Shown here one piece after another: positions 14,413 to 26,261 of a stretch of 64,000 nucleotides of DNA. Location: assembly GCF_058153355.1 (NCBI RefSeq), contig NZ_CM177019.1. The stretch is one strand, 5' to 3'. Below the pieces are notes generated by a model that did not search any database, was not told where the DNA came from, and saw nothing but the letters and a program-made list of their open reading frames with translations. Made by a program: the position numbers and the translations under genes. Position 1 is the first letter of the stretch. Every line of letters begins with the position of its first letter.

Positions 14413-14495
14413 GTCCTCTCCCGCGTGAGAAATACGCTTCCCCGTAAGCGCATGGTAAACTATGCCTTCAAATCGGGCTTATCGCGAGTAAATCT

Positions 14496-15194
14496 ATGAA
14501 AATCGGCATCATTGGTGCAATGGAAGAAGAAGTTACGCTGCTGCGTGACAAAATCGAAAACCGCCAAACTATCAGTCTGGGCGGTTGCGAAATCTATACC
14601 GGCCAACTGAATGGAACCGAAGTTGCGCTTCTGAAATCGGGCATCGGTAAAGTTGCTGCGGCACTGGGTGCAACTCTGCTGTTGGAACACTGCAAGCCAG
14701 ATGTGATTATTAACACCGGTTCTGCCGGTGGCCTGGCGCCAACGCTGAAAGTGGGCGATATCGTTGTCTCGGACGAAGCACGTTATCACGACGCGGATGT
14801 CACGGCATTTGGTTACGAATACGGTCAGTTACCTGGCTGCCCGGCTGGCTTCAAAGCTGACGATAAACTGATCGCTGCCGCTGAGGCCTGCATTGCCGAA
14901 CTGAATCTTAACGCTGTACGTGGCCTGATTGTCAGCGGCGACGCTTTCATCAACGGTTCTGTTGGCCTGGCGAAAATCCGCCACAACTTCCCGCAGGCCA
15001 TTGCTGTAGAGATGGAAGCGACGGCAATCGCTCATGTCTGCCACAATTTCAACGTCCCGTTTGTTGTCGTACGCGCCATCTCCGACGTGGCCGATCAACA
15101 GTCTCATCTTAGCTTCGATGAGTTCCTGGCTGTTGCTGCTAAACAGTCCAGCCTGATGGTTGAGTCACTGGTGCAGAAACTGGCACATGGCTAA
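14496..15194 (+). CDS. mtnN: 5'-methylthioadenosine/S-adenosylhomocysteine nucleosidase
   Basis: 232-aa [43 protein letters not shown]... Confidence 0.97.
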   Translation: MKIGIIGAMEEEVTLLRDKIENRQTISLGGCEIYTGQLNGTEVALLKSGIGKVAAALGATLLLEHCKPDVIINTGSAGGLAPTLKVGDIVVSDEARYHDADVTAFGYEYGQLPGCPAGFKADDKLIAAAEACIAELNLNAVRGLIVSGDAFINGSVGLAKIRHNFPQAIAVEMEATAIAHVCHNFNVPFVVVRAISDVADQQSHLSFDEFLAVAAKQSSLMVESLVQKLAHG

Positions 15195-15987
15195 GTCACT
15201 GTTCAGGGCGCTGGTCGCCCTGTCTTTTCTCGCCCCTCTGTGGCTCAACGCCGCACCGCGCGTCATCACGCTTTCACCCGCCAACACTGAACTTGCTTTT
15301 GCCGCCGGGATCACGCCGGTTGGGGTCAGCAGTTATTCCGACTACCCTCCACAAGCGCAAAAGATTGAGCAGGTTTCAACCTGGCAGGGGATGAATCTCG
15401 AACGCATTGTGGCCCTTAAACCCGATCTGGTGATTGCCTGGCGTGGAGGTAATGCCGAGCGGCAGGTTGACCAGTTAGCTTCGCTGGGAATAAAAGTGAT
15501 GTGGGTCGATGCGACAAGCATTGAACAAATTGCCAATGCGTTACGTCAACTGGCCCCCTGGAGCCCACAACCGGACAAGGCTGAACAAGCCGCGCAATCC
15601 CTGCTGGACCAGTACGCACAATTGAAAGCGCAATATGCTGATAAACCTAAAAAACGTGTTTTTCTGCAATTCGGCATTAATCCGCCATTTACCAGTGGAA
15701 AAGAATCGATTCAAAACCAGGTACTCGAAGTTTGTGGCGGAGAAAACATCTTTAAAGATAGCCGGGTTCCCTGGCCGCAAGTTAGCCGCGAACAGGTGTT
15801 AGCACGCGCGCCACAGGCAATTGTCATTACCGGCGGACCGGACCAAATTCCTAAAATCAAACAATACTGGGGCGAACAGCTCAAAATTCCCGTTATTCCT
15901 CTCACGAGTGACTGGTTTGAACGTGCAAGCCCACGTATTATCCTCGCTGCACAACAGCTCTGTAATGCGCTTTCACAGGTAGATTAG
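15187..15987 (+). CDS. btuF: vitamin B12 ABC transporter periplasmic binding protein
   Basis: ORF track frame begins at TTG 15160; native ATG at 15187 gives 266 aa [35 protein letters not shown]... with signal peptide; overlaps mtnN 3' end by 8 nt. Confidence 0.93.
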   Translation: MAKSLFRALVALSFLAPLWLNAAPRVITLSPANTELAFAAGITPVGVSSYSDYPPQAQKIEQVSTWQGMNLERIVALKPDLVIAWRGGNAERQVDQLASLGIKVMWVDATSIEQIANALRQLAPWSPQPDKAEQAAQSLLDQYAQLKAQYADKPKKRVFLQFGINPPFTSGKESIQNQVLEVCGGENIFKDSRVPWPQVSREQVLARAPQAIVITGGPDQIPKIKQYWGEQLKIPVIPLTSDWFERASPRIILAAQQLCNALSQVD

Positions 15988-16024
15988 CGCCTGACCTTTT
16001 CAGGTGCTCAGTGGGGATTGAACA

Positions 16025-16648
16025 ATGCTCGTCTATTGGCTGGATATAGTCGGCACAGCGGTATTTGCCATCTCCGGCGTTTTGTTAGCCGGAAAATTGC
16101 GTATGGACCCTTTTGGTGTTCTGGTACTGGGCGTGGTTACCGCAGTAGGCGGCGGAACAATTCGCGACATGGCGCTGGATCACGGCCCGGTATTTTGGGT
16201 GAAAGATCCCACCGATCTGGTCGTTGCAATGGTAACCAGCATGCTGACGATCGTGCTGGTGCGCCAGCCAAGACGCTTACCGAAATGGATGTTGCCGGTG
16301 CTGGATGCCGTTGGTCTGGCGGTGTTTGTCGGCATTGGCGTGAATAAAGCCTTTAATGCGGAAGCCGGTCCGTTGATCGCGGTTTGTATGGGCGTCATTA
16401 CTGGCGTTGGCGGCGGGATCATTCGTGATGTACTGGCCCGCGAAATCCCCATGATTTTACGCACAGAAATCTACGCAACGGCCTGTATTATCGGCGGTAT
16501 TGTCCACGCTACGGCTTATTACACATTTTCCGTGCCCCTGGAAACAGCCAGTATGATGGGCATGGTCGTGACGCTATTGATTCGACTGGCGGCTATTCGT
16601 TGGCATCTTAAGCTACCGACGTTTGCGCTGGATGAGAATGGGCGTTGA
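16025..16648 (+). CDS. yadS: UPF0126 family inner membrane protein
   Basis: 207-aa hydrophobic ORF MLVYWLDIVGTAVFAISGVLLAGKLRMDPFGVLVLGVVTAVGGGTIRD..., duplicated glycine-rich TM motif. Confidence 0.9.
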   Translation: MLVYWLDIVGTAVFAISGVLLAGKLRMDPFGVLVLGVVTAVGGGTIRDMALDHGPVFWVKDPTDLVVAMVTSMLTIVLVRQPRRLPKWMLPVLDAVGLAVFVGIGVNKAFNAEAGPLIAVCMGVITGVGGGIIRDVLAREIPMILRTEIYATACIIGGIVHATAYYTFSVPLETASMMGMVVTLLIRLAAIRWHLKLPTFALDENGR

Positions 16649-16659
16649 AGAGAGGAGAT

Positions 16660-16682
16660 GTGCCGGATAGCTTATCCGGCAC
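16660..16682. terminator. bidirectional hairpin between convergent yadS and erpA
   Basis: gtgccggata-gct-tatccggcac palindrome in the 46-bp convergent spacer. Confidence 0.5.
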
Positions 16683-16694
16683 ACGAATAAGAGA

Positions 16695-17039
16695 TTAGAT
16701 GCTGAAGGAAGAACCGCAACCGCAGGTGCTTTTCGCGTTCGGGTTGGTCACGATGAAACGAGAACCTTCCAGACCTTCGGTATAGTCAACGGAACCGCCG
16801 ACCAGATATTGCAGGCTCATCGGGTCAACCACTAGGCCTACGCCCTGTTTTTCGATGGTCATATCGCCTTCGTTCACCTGATCATCAAAGGTGAAACCAT
16901 ACTGGAAGCCGCTACAACCGCCACCGGTGATATACACGCGTAATTTCAGATTCGGGTTATCTTCGTCAGCGATCAGGCTTTTAACTTTGTTGGCTGCTGC
17001 GTCGGTAAACTCCAGCGGCAGTGCTACGTCATCACTCAT
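16695..17039 (-). CDS. erpA: iron-sulfur cluster insertion protein ErpA
   Basis: ORF track frame 16695..17072 trimmed to 114 aa [49 protein letters not shown]...[10 protein letters not shown]-type carrier. Confidence 0.95.
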
Positions 17040-17120
17040 ATTTTGCTCCAAACGACATCGGCAATTGGGCAAATTCTAACCCAATAATAATCGCCATTAT
17101 CTAATACCCTGGTATTTCGT

Positions 17121-18560
<1,440 letters not shown>

Positions 18561-18766
18561 TCATACAAATAAGATGACGGCATTTTACTCGCACGTTCCA
18601 TGAAAATCCTTTGCAAAGCGTAATGTTTCAAATGCACAAAACTTTTATACTCTAAGAAATCAGGATTGTACCAGTACAAGCAACCTGACGTTTGACGAGT
18701 ATTTAACTTGTTATGAATAACATAGAATAGCAGCCATTCACTTTTTCTACGAATCAGGAACCCTCC

Positions 18767-20047
18767 ATGAGTAAGTCTGAAAATCTATACAGCGCAGCGC
18801 GCGAGCTGATCCCTGGCGGTGTGAACTCCCCTGTTCGCGCCTTTACTGGCGTGGGCGGCACTCCACTGTTTATCGAAAAAGCGGACGGTGCTTATCTGTA
18901 CGATGTTGATGGCAAAGCCTATATCGATTATGTCGGTTCCTGGGGGCCGATGGTGCTGGGCCATAACCATCCGGCGATCCGCAATGCCGTGATTGAAGCC
19001 GCCGAGCGTGGTTTAAGCTTTGGGGCACCGACCGAAATGGAAGTGAAAATGGCGCAACTGGTGACCGAACTGGTCCCGACCATGGATATGGTGCGCATGG
19101 TGAACTCCGGCACTGAAGCGACAATGAGTGCCATCCGCCTGGCCCGCGGTTTTACCGGTCGCGACAAAATCATTAAATTTGAAGGTTGTTACCACGGTCA
19201 CGCTGACTGCCTGCTGGTAAAAGCCGGTTCTGGCGCACTCACGTTAGGCCAGCCAAACTCGCCGGGCGTTCCGGCAGATTTTGCCAAACATACCTTAACC
19301 TGTACTTATAACGATCTGGCTTCTGTACGCGCCGCGTTTGAGCAATACCCGCAAGAGATTGCCTGTATTATCGTCGAGCCGGTGGCAGGCAATATGAACT
19401 GTGTTCCGCCGCTGCCAGAGTTCCTGCCGGGTCTGCGTGCGCTGTGTGACGAATTTGGCGCGTTGCTGATCATCGATGAAGTGATGACCGGTTTCCGCGT
19501 GGCGCTGGCTGGCGCGCAGGATTATTACGACGTGGTGCCAGACCTCACCTGCCTGGGCAAAATCATCGGCGGTGGAATGCCGGTAGGCGCATTCGGTGGT
19601 CGTCGTGATGTGATGGATGCGCTGGCCCCAACCGGTCCGGTCTACCAGGCGGGTACGCTTTCCGGTAACCCGATTGCGATGGCAGCCGGTTTCGCCTGTC
19701 TGAATGAAGTCGCGCAGCCGGGCGTTCACGAGACGCTGGATGAGCTGACAACACGTCTGGCAGAAGGTCTGCTGGAAGCGGCAGAAGAAGCGGGAATTCC
19801 ATTGGTCGTTAACCACGTTGGCGGCATGTTCGGTATTTTCTTTACCGACGCCGAGTCCGTGACGTGCTATCAGGATGTGATGGCCTGCGACGTCGAGCGC
19901 TTTAAGCGTTTCTTCCATATGATGCTGGACGAAGGTGTTTACCTGGCACCGTCAGCGTTTGAAGCGGGCTTTATGTCTGTGGCGCACAGCATGGAAGATA
20001 TCAATAACACCATCGATGCTGCACGTCGGGTGTTTGCGAAGTTGTAA
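18767..20047 (+). CDS. hemL: glutamate-1-semialdehyde 2,1-aminomutase
   Basis: 426-aa [52 protein letters not shown]..., class III aminotransferase. Confidence 0.97.
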   Translation: MSKSENLYSAARELIPGGVNSPVRAFTGVGGTPLFIEKADGAYLYDVDGKAYIDYVGSWGPMVLGHNHPAIRNAVIEAAERGLSFGAPTEMEVKMAQLVTELVPTMDMVRMVNSGTEATMSAIRLARGFTGRDKIIKFEGCYHGHADCLLVKAGSGALTLGQPNSPGVPADFAKHTLTCTYNDLASVRAAFEQYPQEIACIIVEPVAGNMNCVPPLPEFLPGLRALCDEFGALLIIDEVMTGFRVALAGAQDYYDVVPDLTCLGKIIGGGMPVGAFGGRRDVMDALAPTGPVYQAGTLSGNPIAMAAGFACLNEVAQPGVHETLDELTTRLAEGLLEAAEEAGIPLVVNHVGGMFGIFFTDAESVTCYQDVMACDVERFKRFFHMMLDEGVYLAPSAFEAGFMSVAHSMEDINNTIDAARRVFAKL

Positions 20048-20054
20048 TGATTTT

Positions 20055-20081
20055 GCCTCGCCCACCGGGCGAGGCATTTTA
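20055..20081. terminator. hairpin terminator between convergent hemL and fhuB
   Basis: gcctcgccc-accg-ggcgaggc followed by ATTTTATT; fills almost the whole 34-bp spacer. Confidence 0.6.
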
Positions 20082-22064
20082 TTAACGGCTCTGCTTTCTC
20101 AACAAATAGATAAAATACGGCGCGCCGATAAAGGTCGACAGCAGCCCCGCTGGGATCTGGAATGGAAACAGCACCATCCGCCCACACCAGTCAGCGAACA
20201 CCAGCAACAATCCCCCCACCAGCGCCGAAATCACAATATGCGGCATCGTCCGTCGAAAGCCCATCATCCGCGCAATATGCGGTGCCATTAAACCAACAAA
20301 ACTCAACGGTCCAATGGTCATTGTCGCGGTCGCCGTCAGGCAAGCCGCTAACAGCAGCAGCGCAATTCGCGTCGGCGTCAGCGCCATTCCCACGGCTCGT
20401 GCGGTATCACCTCCCAGCGGTAAAATGGTCAGCCAGCGGCGGCACAGCGGGGTAATCGCCAGCAAAATCACCATCACAATTCCGGTGCGCCAGACCTGCG
20501 CATCGGTCGCGTTGTAGGTCGAACCGGAAATCCAGGTCAGAACTTGCGCCATTCGCGGGTCACCACTTGCCTGCAACATCATCAAAAGCATGGTGAACGC
20601 GGTACTTAAGGCCATCCCCGCCAGTAACATGCGGTGTGGGGAAAATCCACCGCGTCCGGCAGCGATCATAATGATCAACAGCGTCACCGCCGCGCCGAAA
20701 CTGCCCGCGGGTAACAGCCAGCCAAAGGCATTACCCGGCACCAAAAACAGCATCAACACCACACCAAACGCCGCGCCGGAACTAATCCCCAGCACTTCCG
20801 GGCTTGCCATCGGGTTGCCGGTCAGCCGCTGAATAATACAGCCCGCCACCGCCAGCATGACGCCCGCAAACAGCGCCGCCATAATTCGCGGCCAGCGCCA
20901 AGGCATCAAATCCTCGAGCAACGCCCCGCTCGCCCACGTCCAGCCGTGCGCATCACGACCAAACGACAGCGCCACCACCACAGCCATCAACAGCAGCACG
21001 CCGCCCGCGAGGGCAAACGCCAGCACATGTTGGCGTTCAGCAGCGACACGATCGTTCACCTTCATATCCGGCGCGCTAATGCAGCGTAAACGCGGCAGCA
21101 GCCACAGCAGCAGCGGCGCACCGATGAGCGCAGTGACCGAACCGGTAGAAACTTCCATCCACACGCGAGTCAGCCAGAGGATGATTTGATCGGAAAGCCA
21201 GAGGATCAGCGCACCAATCAGTGACGCCAGCAGCAGTCTTGGCAGCAGACGCCGCGCCCCCAGCATTTTTGCCAGCAGCGGCGCGAACAACCCGATAAAG
21301 CCGATAATCCCCACCGCGTTCACCAGCAGCGCACTGATGACTATCGCCAGCGACAGCGCCGCCAGACGCGCGAGCGACAAGGCCAGCCCGAGATTGCGCG
21401 CCACGCCATCATCAAGCCCCATCAGGGTTAACGGACGAAGTAGCAGTAACGTCAGCATCACGCCGCCCAGCAACTGCGGCCATAAACGCTCAACGCCACC
21501 CCAGTCGGTTTGCGTCAGCGTTCCGGTGCTCCACAGGAACATGCTTTGTAGCTGGTCGTGATGGAAGATAACCAGTAACTGATTGATTGCCCCGCAATAA
21601 AGGCTCACCACAAGCCCCGCGAGGATCAGCGTTACCGGAGAAAGCCGTTTCCCCCACGCGACGCCAAAGACAATTAAGCCAACCACACAAGCCCCTGCCA
21701 ATGCAGCAAACTGGCTCGCCATCGCACCAGGGATCGCCCAGAGTGTAGTGACAGTAATTCCCAGTTGCGCACCAGTTGCGACGCCCAACGTGGTCGGCTC
21801 CGCCAGCGGGTTACGCAGCACTTGCTGAAATAGCACGCCCACCAGCCCCAGACCCGCGCCCACCAGCAGCGAAATCGCCAGACGCGGCAGCAAGCTGTAG
21901 TGAAAAATCATCTGCTCGATGACGTCAATATCCGGCGACCAGGCAGCCTGCGCCCACTGGCTACGCGGCAGCGCCTGAGAGAAGTTCATCCAGGTGAGCA
22001 CCGCTGCGGCAACCACCAACAGCGCCAGCAATAATGCCGGGAAAAGCGCAATACGTTTACTCAC
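20082..22064 (-). CDS. fhuB: ferric hydroxamate ABC transporter permease
   Basis: 660-aa duplicated permease ORF MSKRIALFPALLLALLVVAAAVLTWMNF...; 4-nt overlap with fhuD. Confidence 0.96.
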   Translation of the reverse strand: MSKRIALFPALLLALLVVAAAVLTWMNFSQALPRSQWAQAAWSPDIDVIEQMIFHYSLLPRLAISLLVGAGLGLVGVLFQQVLRNPLAEPTTLGVATGAQLGITVTTLWAIPGAMASQFAALAGACVVGLIVFGVAWGKRLSPVTLILAGLVVSLYCGAINQLLVIFHHDQLQSMFLWSTGTLTQTDWGGVERLWPQLLGGVMLTLLLLRPLTLMGLDDGVARNLGLALSLARLAALSLAIVISALLVNAVGIIGFIGLFAPLLAKMLGARRLLPRLLLASLIGALILWLSDQIILWLTRVWMEVSTGSVTALIGAPLLLWLLPRLRCISAPDMKVNDRVAAERQHVLAFALAGGVLLLMAVVVALSFGRDAHGWTWASGALLEDLMPWRWPRIMAALFAGVMLAVAGCIIQRLTGNPMASPEVLGISSGAAFGVVLMLFLVPGNAFGWLLPAGSFGAAVTLLIIMIAAGRGGFSPHRMLLAGMALSTAFTMLLMMLQASGDPRMAQVLTWISGSTYNATDAQVWRTGIVMVILLAITPLCRRWLTILPLGGDTARAVGMALTPTRIALLLLAACLTATATMTIGPLSFVGLMAPHIARMMGFRRTMPHIVISALVGGLLLVFADWCGRMVLFPFQIPAGLLSTFIGAPYFIYLLRKQSR

Positions 22065-22951
22065 GCTTTACCTCCGATGGCGTTATCCAGAATACGCACA
22101 AAGTGCATTGCCGAGAGCGTCGCACCATAAAACCAGACTGCAGGTACGCGCTGAAAGCGTCCGGCACGGACAAACGGCATGGCCTGCCACAGCGGGGTTG
22201 CCATTAGTGCGTCCATGTCTTTGCTGTTGTCGTGATCAAAACAGAGCACATCAACGTCCTTATACGCTGCCAGACGATCGATACTGACGGCAGTACTGCC
22301 CCAGAAGTTGGTTTCCCCTTGCCAGGCATTTGGGATGCCGTACCCATCAAGAATTTCCTGGAACAAGCTGTTTGGACCGAAGACCAGCATATGGCGCGGA
22401 TCGATAAGTGTCGTCAGTAATAACGGACGCGCACCACGCTTCACAAAGCGGGGTTTCATGCTGCGGATAAAGTCTTCATAGTGCGCTAAATGCGTTTCTG
22501 CTGCGCTTTGCAGGTTAAGTAAATCTGCCATTTCCGTCAGCGATTTACGCGCCATCGCCAGCGGCTGTTTGCCGTCGCTGAAGTTAAATCCGCGCCCAGG
22601 CGCAATGCGTGCCAGCATTTCTGGTGAAGGGCCATACCCTGCCGACCAGACCATAAACGACGGCTTCATTTCGGTCAGCAGTTCAAGGTTAGGTTCTGTC
22701 CGCAAACCGACGTCAATCACCGATTCAGGTAATGGCGGTTCGCTGACCCACAGGCGATAGTTGATGGTATCCGCCACGCCGTAAGGTACGATGCCGAGCG
22801 CCAGCAGTAATTCCACCGGCAACCACTCCAGCGCCACAATACGATTGGGATCAATAGCCGCCGCGCGGGCGGTATTCATCTGCCATAACAACGGAGAAAG
22901 CGCCATCGCCGTTAACAGTCGACGGCGCGAAATAAGAGGTAAGCCGCTCAT
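22061..22951 (-). CDS. fhuD: ferric hydroxamate periplasmic binding protein
   Basis: 296 aa MSGLPLISRRRLLTAMALSPLLWQMNTARAAAIDPNRIVALEWLPVELLLALG... (second in-frame Met of the track ORF). Confidence 0.95.
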   Translation of the reverse strand: MSGLPLISRRRLLTAMALSPLLWQMNTARAAAIDPNRIVALEWLPVELLLALGIVPYGVADTINYRLWVSEPPLPESVIDVGLRTEPNLELLTEMKPSFMVWSAGYGPSPEMLARIAPGRGFNFSDGKQPLAMARKSLTEMADLLNLQSAAETHLAHYEDFIRSMKPRFVKRGARPLLLTTLIDPRHMLVFGPNSLFQEILDGYGIPNAWQGETNFWGSTAVSIDRLAAYKDVDVLCFDHDNSKDMDALMATPLWQAMPFVRAGRFQRVPAVWFYGATLSAMHFVRILDNAIGGKA

Positions 22952-23748
22952 CAATAAACAAAACTCACAGGTGCAGCACCCGCCGGATGCGGCAAAATAC
23001 CCATCGGGATGCCATAAATCATTTCGAGGGTTTCGCCGCGCATAATTTCCGCAGGCGTTCCCTGAGCAATCATTTCACCGCCGCGCAGGGCGACCAGATA
23101 ATCACAGTAACGCGCTGCCATATTGATATCGTGCAGTACGGCAATGACCGTCAGACCACGTTCCTGACTTAAACGGTGCACCAGCGCCAGCACATCAACC
23201 TGGTGGGCGATATCCAGCGCCGAGGTCGGTTCGTCCAGCAACAGACAACGGCTATCCTGCGCCACCAGCATGGCGATCCACGCCCGCTGACGTTCACCGC
23301 CTGAGAGGCTATCGACCAGCCGATGCGCCAGCGGTTTTAAGCCAACCAGCGAGATAGCCTCTTCGACCTTTTCGCGATCTGCCGCGCCAAAGCGCCCCAG
23401 CGCGCCATGCCACGGGTAACGACCAATCGCCACCAGTTCACGCACCGTCATCCCTTCTGCCGGAGGAAGCTGCTGCGGCAAATAAGCCACTTTGCGAGCA
23501 AACGCTTTGCTGCTCCAGCTTTCCAGTGGCTGGGCATCAAGAAGAATCTCCCCTTCCGACGGCGGTTGGTGACGGCCAAGCATTTTGAGCAGAGTGGATT
23601 TACCAGAACCGTTGTGACCAATCAGACCGGTCACTTTCCCGGCAGGAAAGGTTAACGACAGCGGATGCAAAAGCGTGCGCCCGGGCACACGAAAGGAGAT
23701 ATTACGCAGTGCAAAAGTGGTATCGGAATGATTCGTGTATTCCTGCAT
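22951..23748 (-). CDS. fhuC: ferric hydroxamate ABC transporter ATP-binding protein
   Basis: ORF track frame 22951..23790 trimmed to 265 aa MQEYTNHSDTTFALRNISFRVPGRTLLHPLSLTFPAGKVTGLIGHNGSGKST..., Walker A and LSGGERQR signature. Confidence 0.95.
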   Translation of the reverse strand: MQEYTNHSDTTFALRNISFRVPGRTLLHPLSLTFPAGKVTGLIGHNGSGKSTLLKMLGRHQPPSEGEILLDAQPLESWSSKAFARKVAYLPQQLPPAEGMTVRELVAIGRYPWHGALGRFGAADREKVEEAISLVGLKPLAHRLVDSLSGGERQRAWIAMLVAQDSRCLLLDEPTSALDIAHQVDVLALVHRLSQERGLTVIAVLHDINMAARYCDYLVALRGGEMIAQGTPAEIMRGETLEMIYGIPMGILPHPAGAAPVSFVY

Positions 23749-23798
23749 AACAGCCAACTTGTGAAACGGGCACGGAAATCCGTGCCCCAAAAGAGAAA

Positions 23799-26042
23799 TT
23801 AGAAACGGAAGGTTGCGGTTGCAACGACCTGACGTTCTGCGCCCCAGAAGCAGCCATAGGTATTAAAGCAGCTGGCGACGTATTCACGATCGAACAGGTT
23901 GTTGACATGCAGCGCCACGTTGGAGCCAGCCATGCCGACCCGCGCCAGATCATAACGCACTAACGCATCCACGACCGTATAACTTCCCACTTTAAAGGAG
24001 TTAGCCGGATCACCATAGCTGGAGCCAGTATAACGACCACCAGTACCCAGCGTCAGGCCAGAAAGCGGACCATCAAAGAAGGTGTAGTCAGCCCACAGCG
24101 AAGCCATATGTTTTGGCACCTGCGCAGGCGTATTGCCTTTGTAGGTAGTATCGGTGGTGTATTCCGCATCGGTGTAAGTATAAGAACCTACTACGTTAAC
24201 ACTCGCCGACAGCGCCGCTTTCGCTTCGATTTCTACGCCACGAGCGCGGATTTCACCACCTTCAACCGAGAAGAAGGAACCCTCAGGGTCCGCCATCAGG
24301 TTGTTGGTTTTAGTGAGATTATACACAGCACCAGTAACCACAATTGGGCGATCTTCCGGTACATATTTCACGCCGACCTCATACTGCTTACCTTTAGACG
24401 GCGCAAAAATATTACCATCCTTCCCAACTTGTGAAGAAGGTTCAAACGATTCGCTATAGCTGAAGTAAGGTGTTACACCATTATCAAACAGGTAGTTAAC
24501 ACCACCACGCCAGGTAAACTGTTTGTCATCACGTTTATCGGTCGTCCCTTCAACGCGGTTATGAGACTCTTGATCCGCCCAGTCATAACGACCGCCCAGG
24601 GTGACCAGCACTTTATCCCACTGCGCCTGATCCTGAACATAAACACCCGTTTGTTTCTGCTTATTCAAAATGCGGTAAGGACCGGAGTTTGCCGGATCTT
24701 TCGCATTGAAGTCGAAATCGGTATTCACCGGATTGTACAGATCGAGCAGCGGTACGGAGTCGTCGTAACCAAACCAGGCGTTGATGTCATTACGCATACG
24801 CATAAAGTCGACGCCGGTCAGCAGAGTGTGGTCGATATCGCCAGTGGCAAACTTGCTCTGCAACTGGGTATCAACGGAGAAGTTTTGCAGCTTCTCATCA
24901 TCAACGACGTATTTACGTGCCAGGTAGTGACCTTTATCGGCTGGCGCTAAAGCGGCACACTGTTTGCTGTAAGCATTCGCCGGATCGGAGCAGACGCCGT
25001 AACCATAAACGCTGTTTTGCGAGGTTTTGTTTTCAGCAAAGCGCAGGTTCTGACGCACAGTAAAGGTGTCGTTAAATTCGTGATCGAAGCTGTAGCCCAC
25101 CATCTTCTCATTACGAGAATAGGTGTTGTTCTTCGCCCCTTCGTTAAAATCTGTCGGCAGACGCTTACCGTTCGGCAGCGGCTCAACGGTTCCCTCTTTC
25201 GGCAGCCAGCCGTAATAACCGGTTTCCGGCTCGTTCTGGAAGTAAGAAAGGAAGGTGAAATTGGTTTTATCATCCGGACGCCAGGTAAACGCTGGCGCAA
25301 TGGCATAACGCTGCTCTTCCGCGCCCTTTTGCTGGGCATTGGCAGAGCGCGCAAGACCGGTCAGGCGATAAGAGTAAACACCGTCATCATCCAGCGCATC
25401 GCTAAAGTCAAAACCGGTCTGGAACAGGCTGTCAGTACCGGCTTTAAACTGAACTTCTTTCAGCGGTTCAGTAGTCGGACGCTTGCTGACCATATTCAAC
25501 AGGCCGCCAGGACTGCTTTTACCGTAAAGCACTGAAACCGGGCCACGCATAATTTCAGCGCGTTCCAGCATATACGGGTCAATGACCGCATCGTTATAGA
25601 AGTTGCCCTGCAACTTCAGGCCATTCAGATAGTTATTCTGGCTTTGGCCTTCTGCCGCAAAGCCGCGAATGATCAGGTGGTCATAGGTGTTGGATGCGCC
25701 ACGCGTACCAACAGAGACACCCGGCGTGTAGCTAAGCGCCTCTTTTACTGACTTCGGCTGATGCAGCGCCATCTCTTCGGCGGTCACAACAGAAATAGAC
25801 TGTGGCACTTTTTGAATCGGTGTATCGGTTTTGGTGCCGGTAGCGGACTGTCGCGCCGCAATAGTTGCAGCTGGCCCCCATGCGCTTTCTTGCGGCGCTG
25901 GTGCAGCGGTAACGGTGATAGTGTCTTCTTTCGGTTCAACCGCTGCCTGTGCATAAACAGACATGCCGCTAACCGCTGTGGCTACTACAACTGCAATTTT
26001 ACGCAGTGAGTGTTTTGGCTGAGCAGTTTTGGAACGCGCCAT
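23799..26042 (-). CDS. fhuA: TonB-dependent ferrichrome outer membrane transporter
   Basis: 747-aa ORF MARSKTAQPKHSLRKIAVVVATAVSGMSVYAQAAVEPKEDTITV... ending ATATFRF; differs from my recollection of K-12 FhuA at a few residues. Confidence 0.97.
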   Translation of the reverse strand: MARSKTAQPKHSLRKIAVVVATAVSGMSVYAQAAVEPKEDTITVTAAPAPQESAWGPAATIAARQSATGTKTDTPIQKVPQSISVVTAEEMALHQPKSVKEALSYTPGVSVGTRGASNTYDHLIIRGFAAEGQSQNNYLNGLKLQGNFYNDAVIDPYMLERAEIMRGPVSVLYGKSSPGGLLNMVSKRPTTEPLKEVQFKAGTDSLFQTGFDFSDALDDDGVYSYRLTGLARSANAQQKGAEEQRYAIAPAFTWRPDDKTNFTFLSYFQNEPETGYYGWLPKEGTVEPLPNGKRLPTDFNEGAKNNTYSRNEKMVGYSFDHEFNDTFTVRQNLRFAENKTSQNSVYGYGVCSDPANAYSKQCAALAPADKGHYLARKYVVDDEKLQNFSVDTQLQSKFATGDIDHTLLTGVDFMRMRNDINAWFGYDDSVPLLDLYNPVNTDFDFNAKDPANSGPYRILNKQKQTGVYVQDQAQWDKVLVTLGGRYDWADQESHNRVEGTTDKRDDKQFTWRGGVNYLFDNGVTPYFSYSESFEPSSQVGKDGNIFAPSKGKQYEVGVKYVPEDRPIVVTGAVYNLTKTNNLMADPEGSFFSVEGGEIRARGVEIEAKAALSASVNVVGSYTYTDAEYTTDTTYKGNTPAQVPKHMASLWADYTFFDGPLSGLTLGTGGRYTGSSYGDPANSFKVGSYTVVDALVRYDLARVGMAGSNVALHVNNLFDREYVASCFNTYGCFWGAERQVVATATFRF

Positions 26043-26062
26043 TGGTATATCTCTGATGTAAA

Positions 26063-26113
26063 GTGAATGATAACGTAAACGAGAATGATTATTATAAAGA
26101 TAAGATAATATTC
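26063..26113 (-). promoter_or_regulatory. Fur box cluster in fhuA promoter
   Basis: AT-rich region with overlapping GATAAT-type hexamers (gaatgataacg, gagaatgattattataaag, gataagataatattcg) 20-70 nt upstream of fhuA ATG. Confidence 0.55.
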
Positions 26114-26220
26114 GAAACGCTGGCGGGTTCGCAAGCGGTACGCAATCTGAGCATTCCTGAGGGGTTAATAAACAATCAGATGAAAAGAAAGGGTTAATAC
26201 TTTGGGTAGGATGTTATTTT

Positions 26221-26244
26221 ACCGGATGGCGACTCGCCATCCGG
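26221..26244. repeat. palindromic hairpin downstream of mrcB
   Basis: accggatggcg-ac-tcgccatccggt; no U-tract on the mrcB strand, so not called as a canonical terminator. Confidence 0.45.
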
Positions 26245-26261
26245 TATGTCACGCTTAGACG

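Noticed and set aside
26221-26244. Palindrome after mrcB considered as a REP element or terminator
   Set aside because: Resembles a REP palindromic unit only loosely and lacks a U-tract on the mrcB strand; kept only as a generic hairpin.
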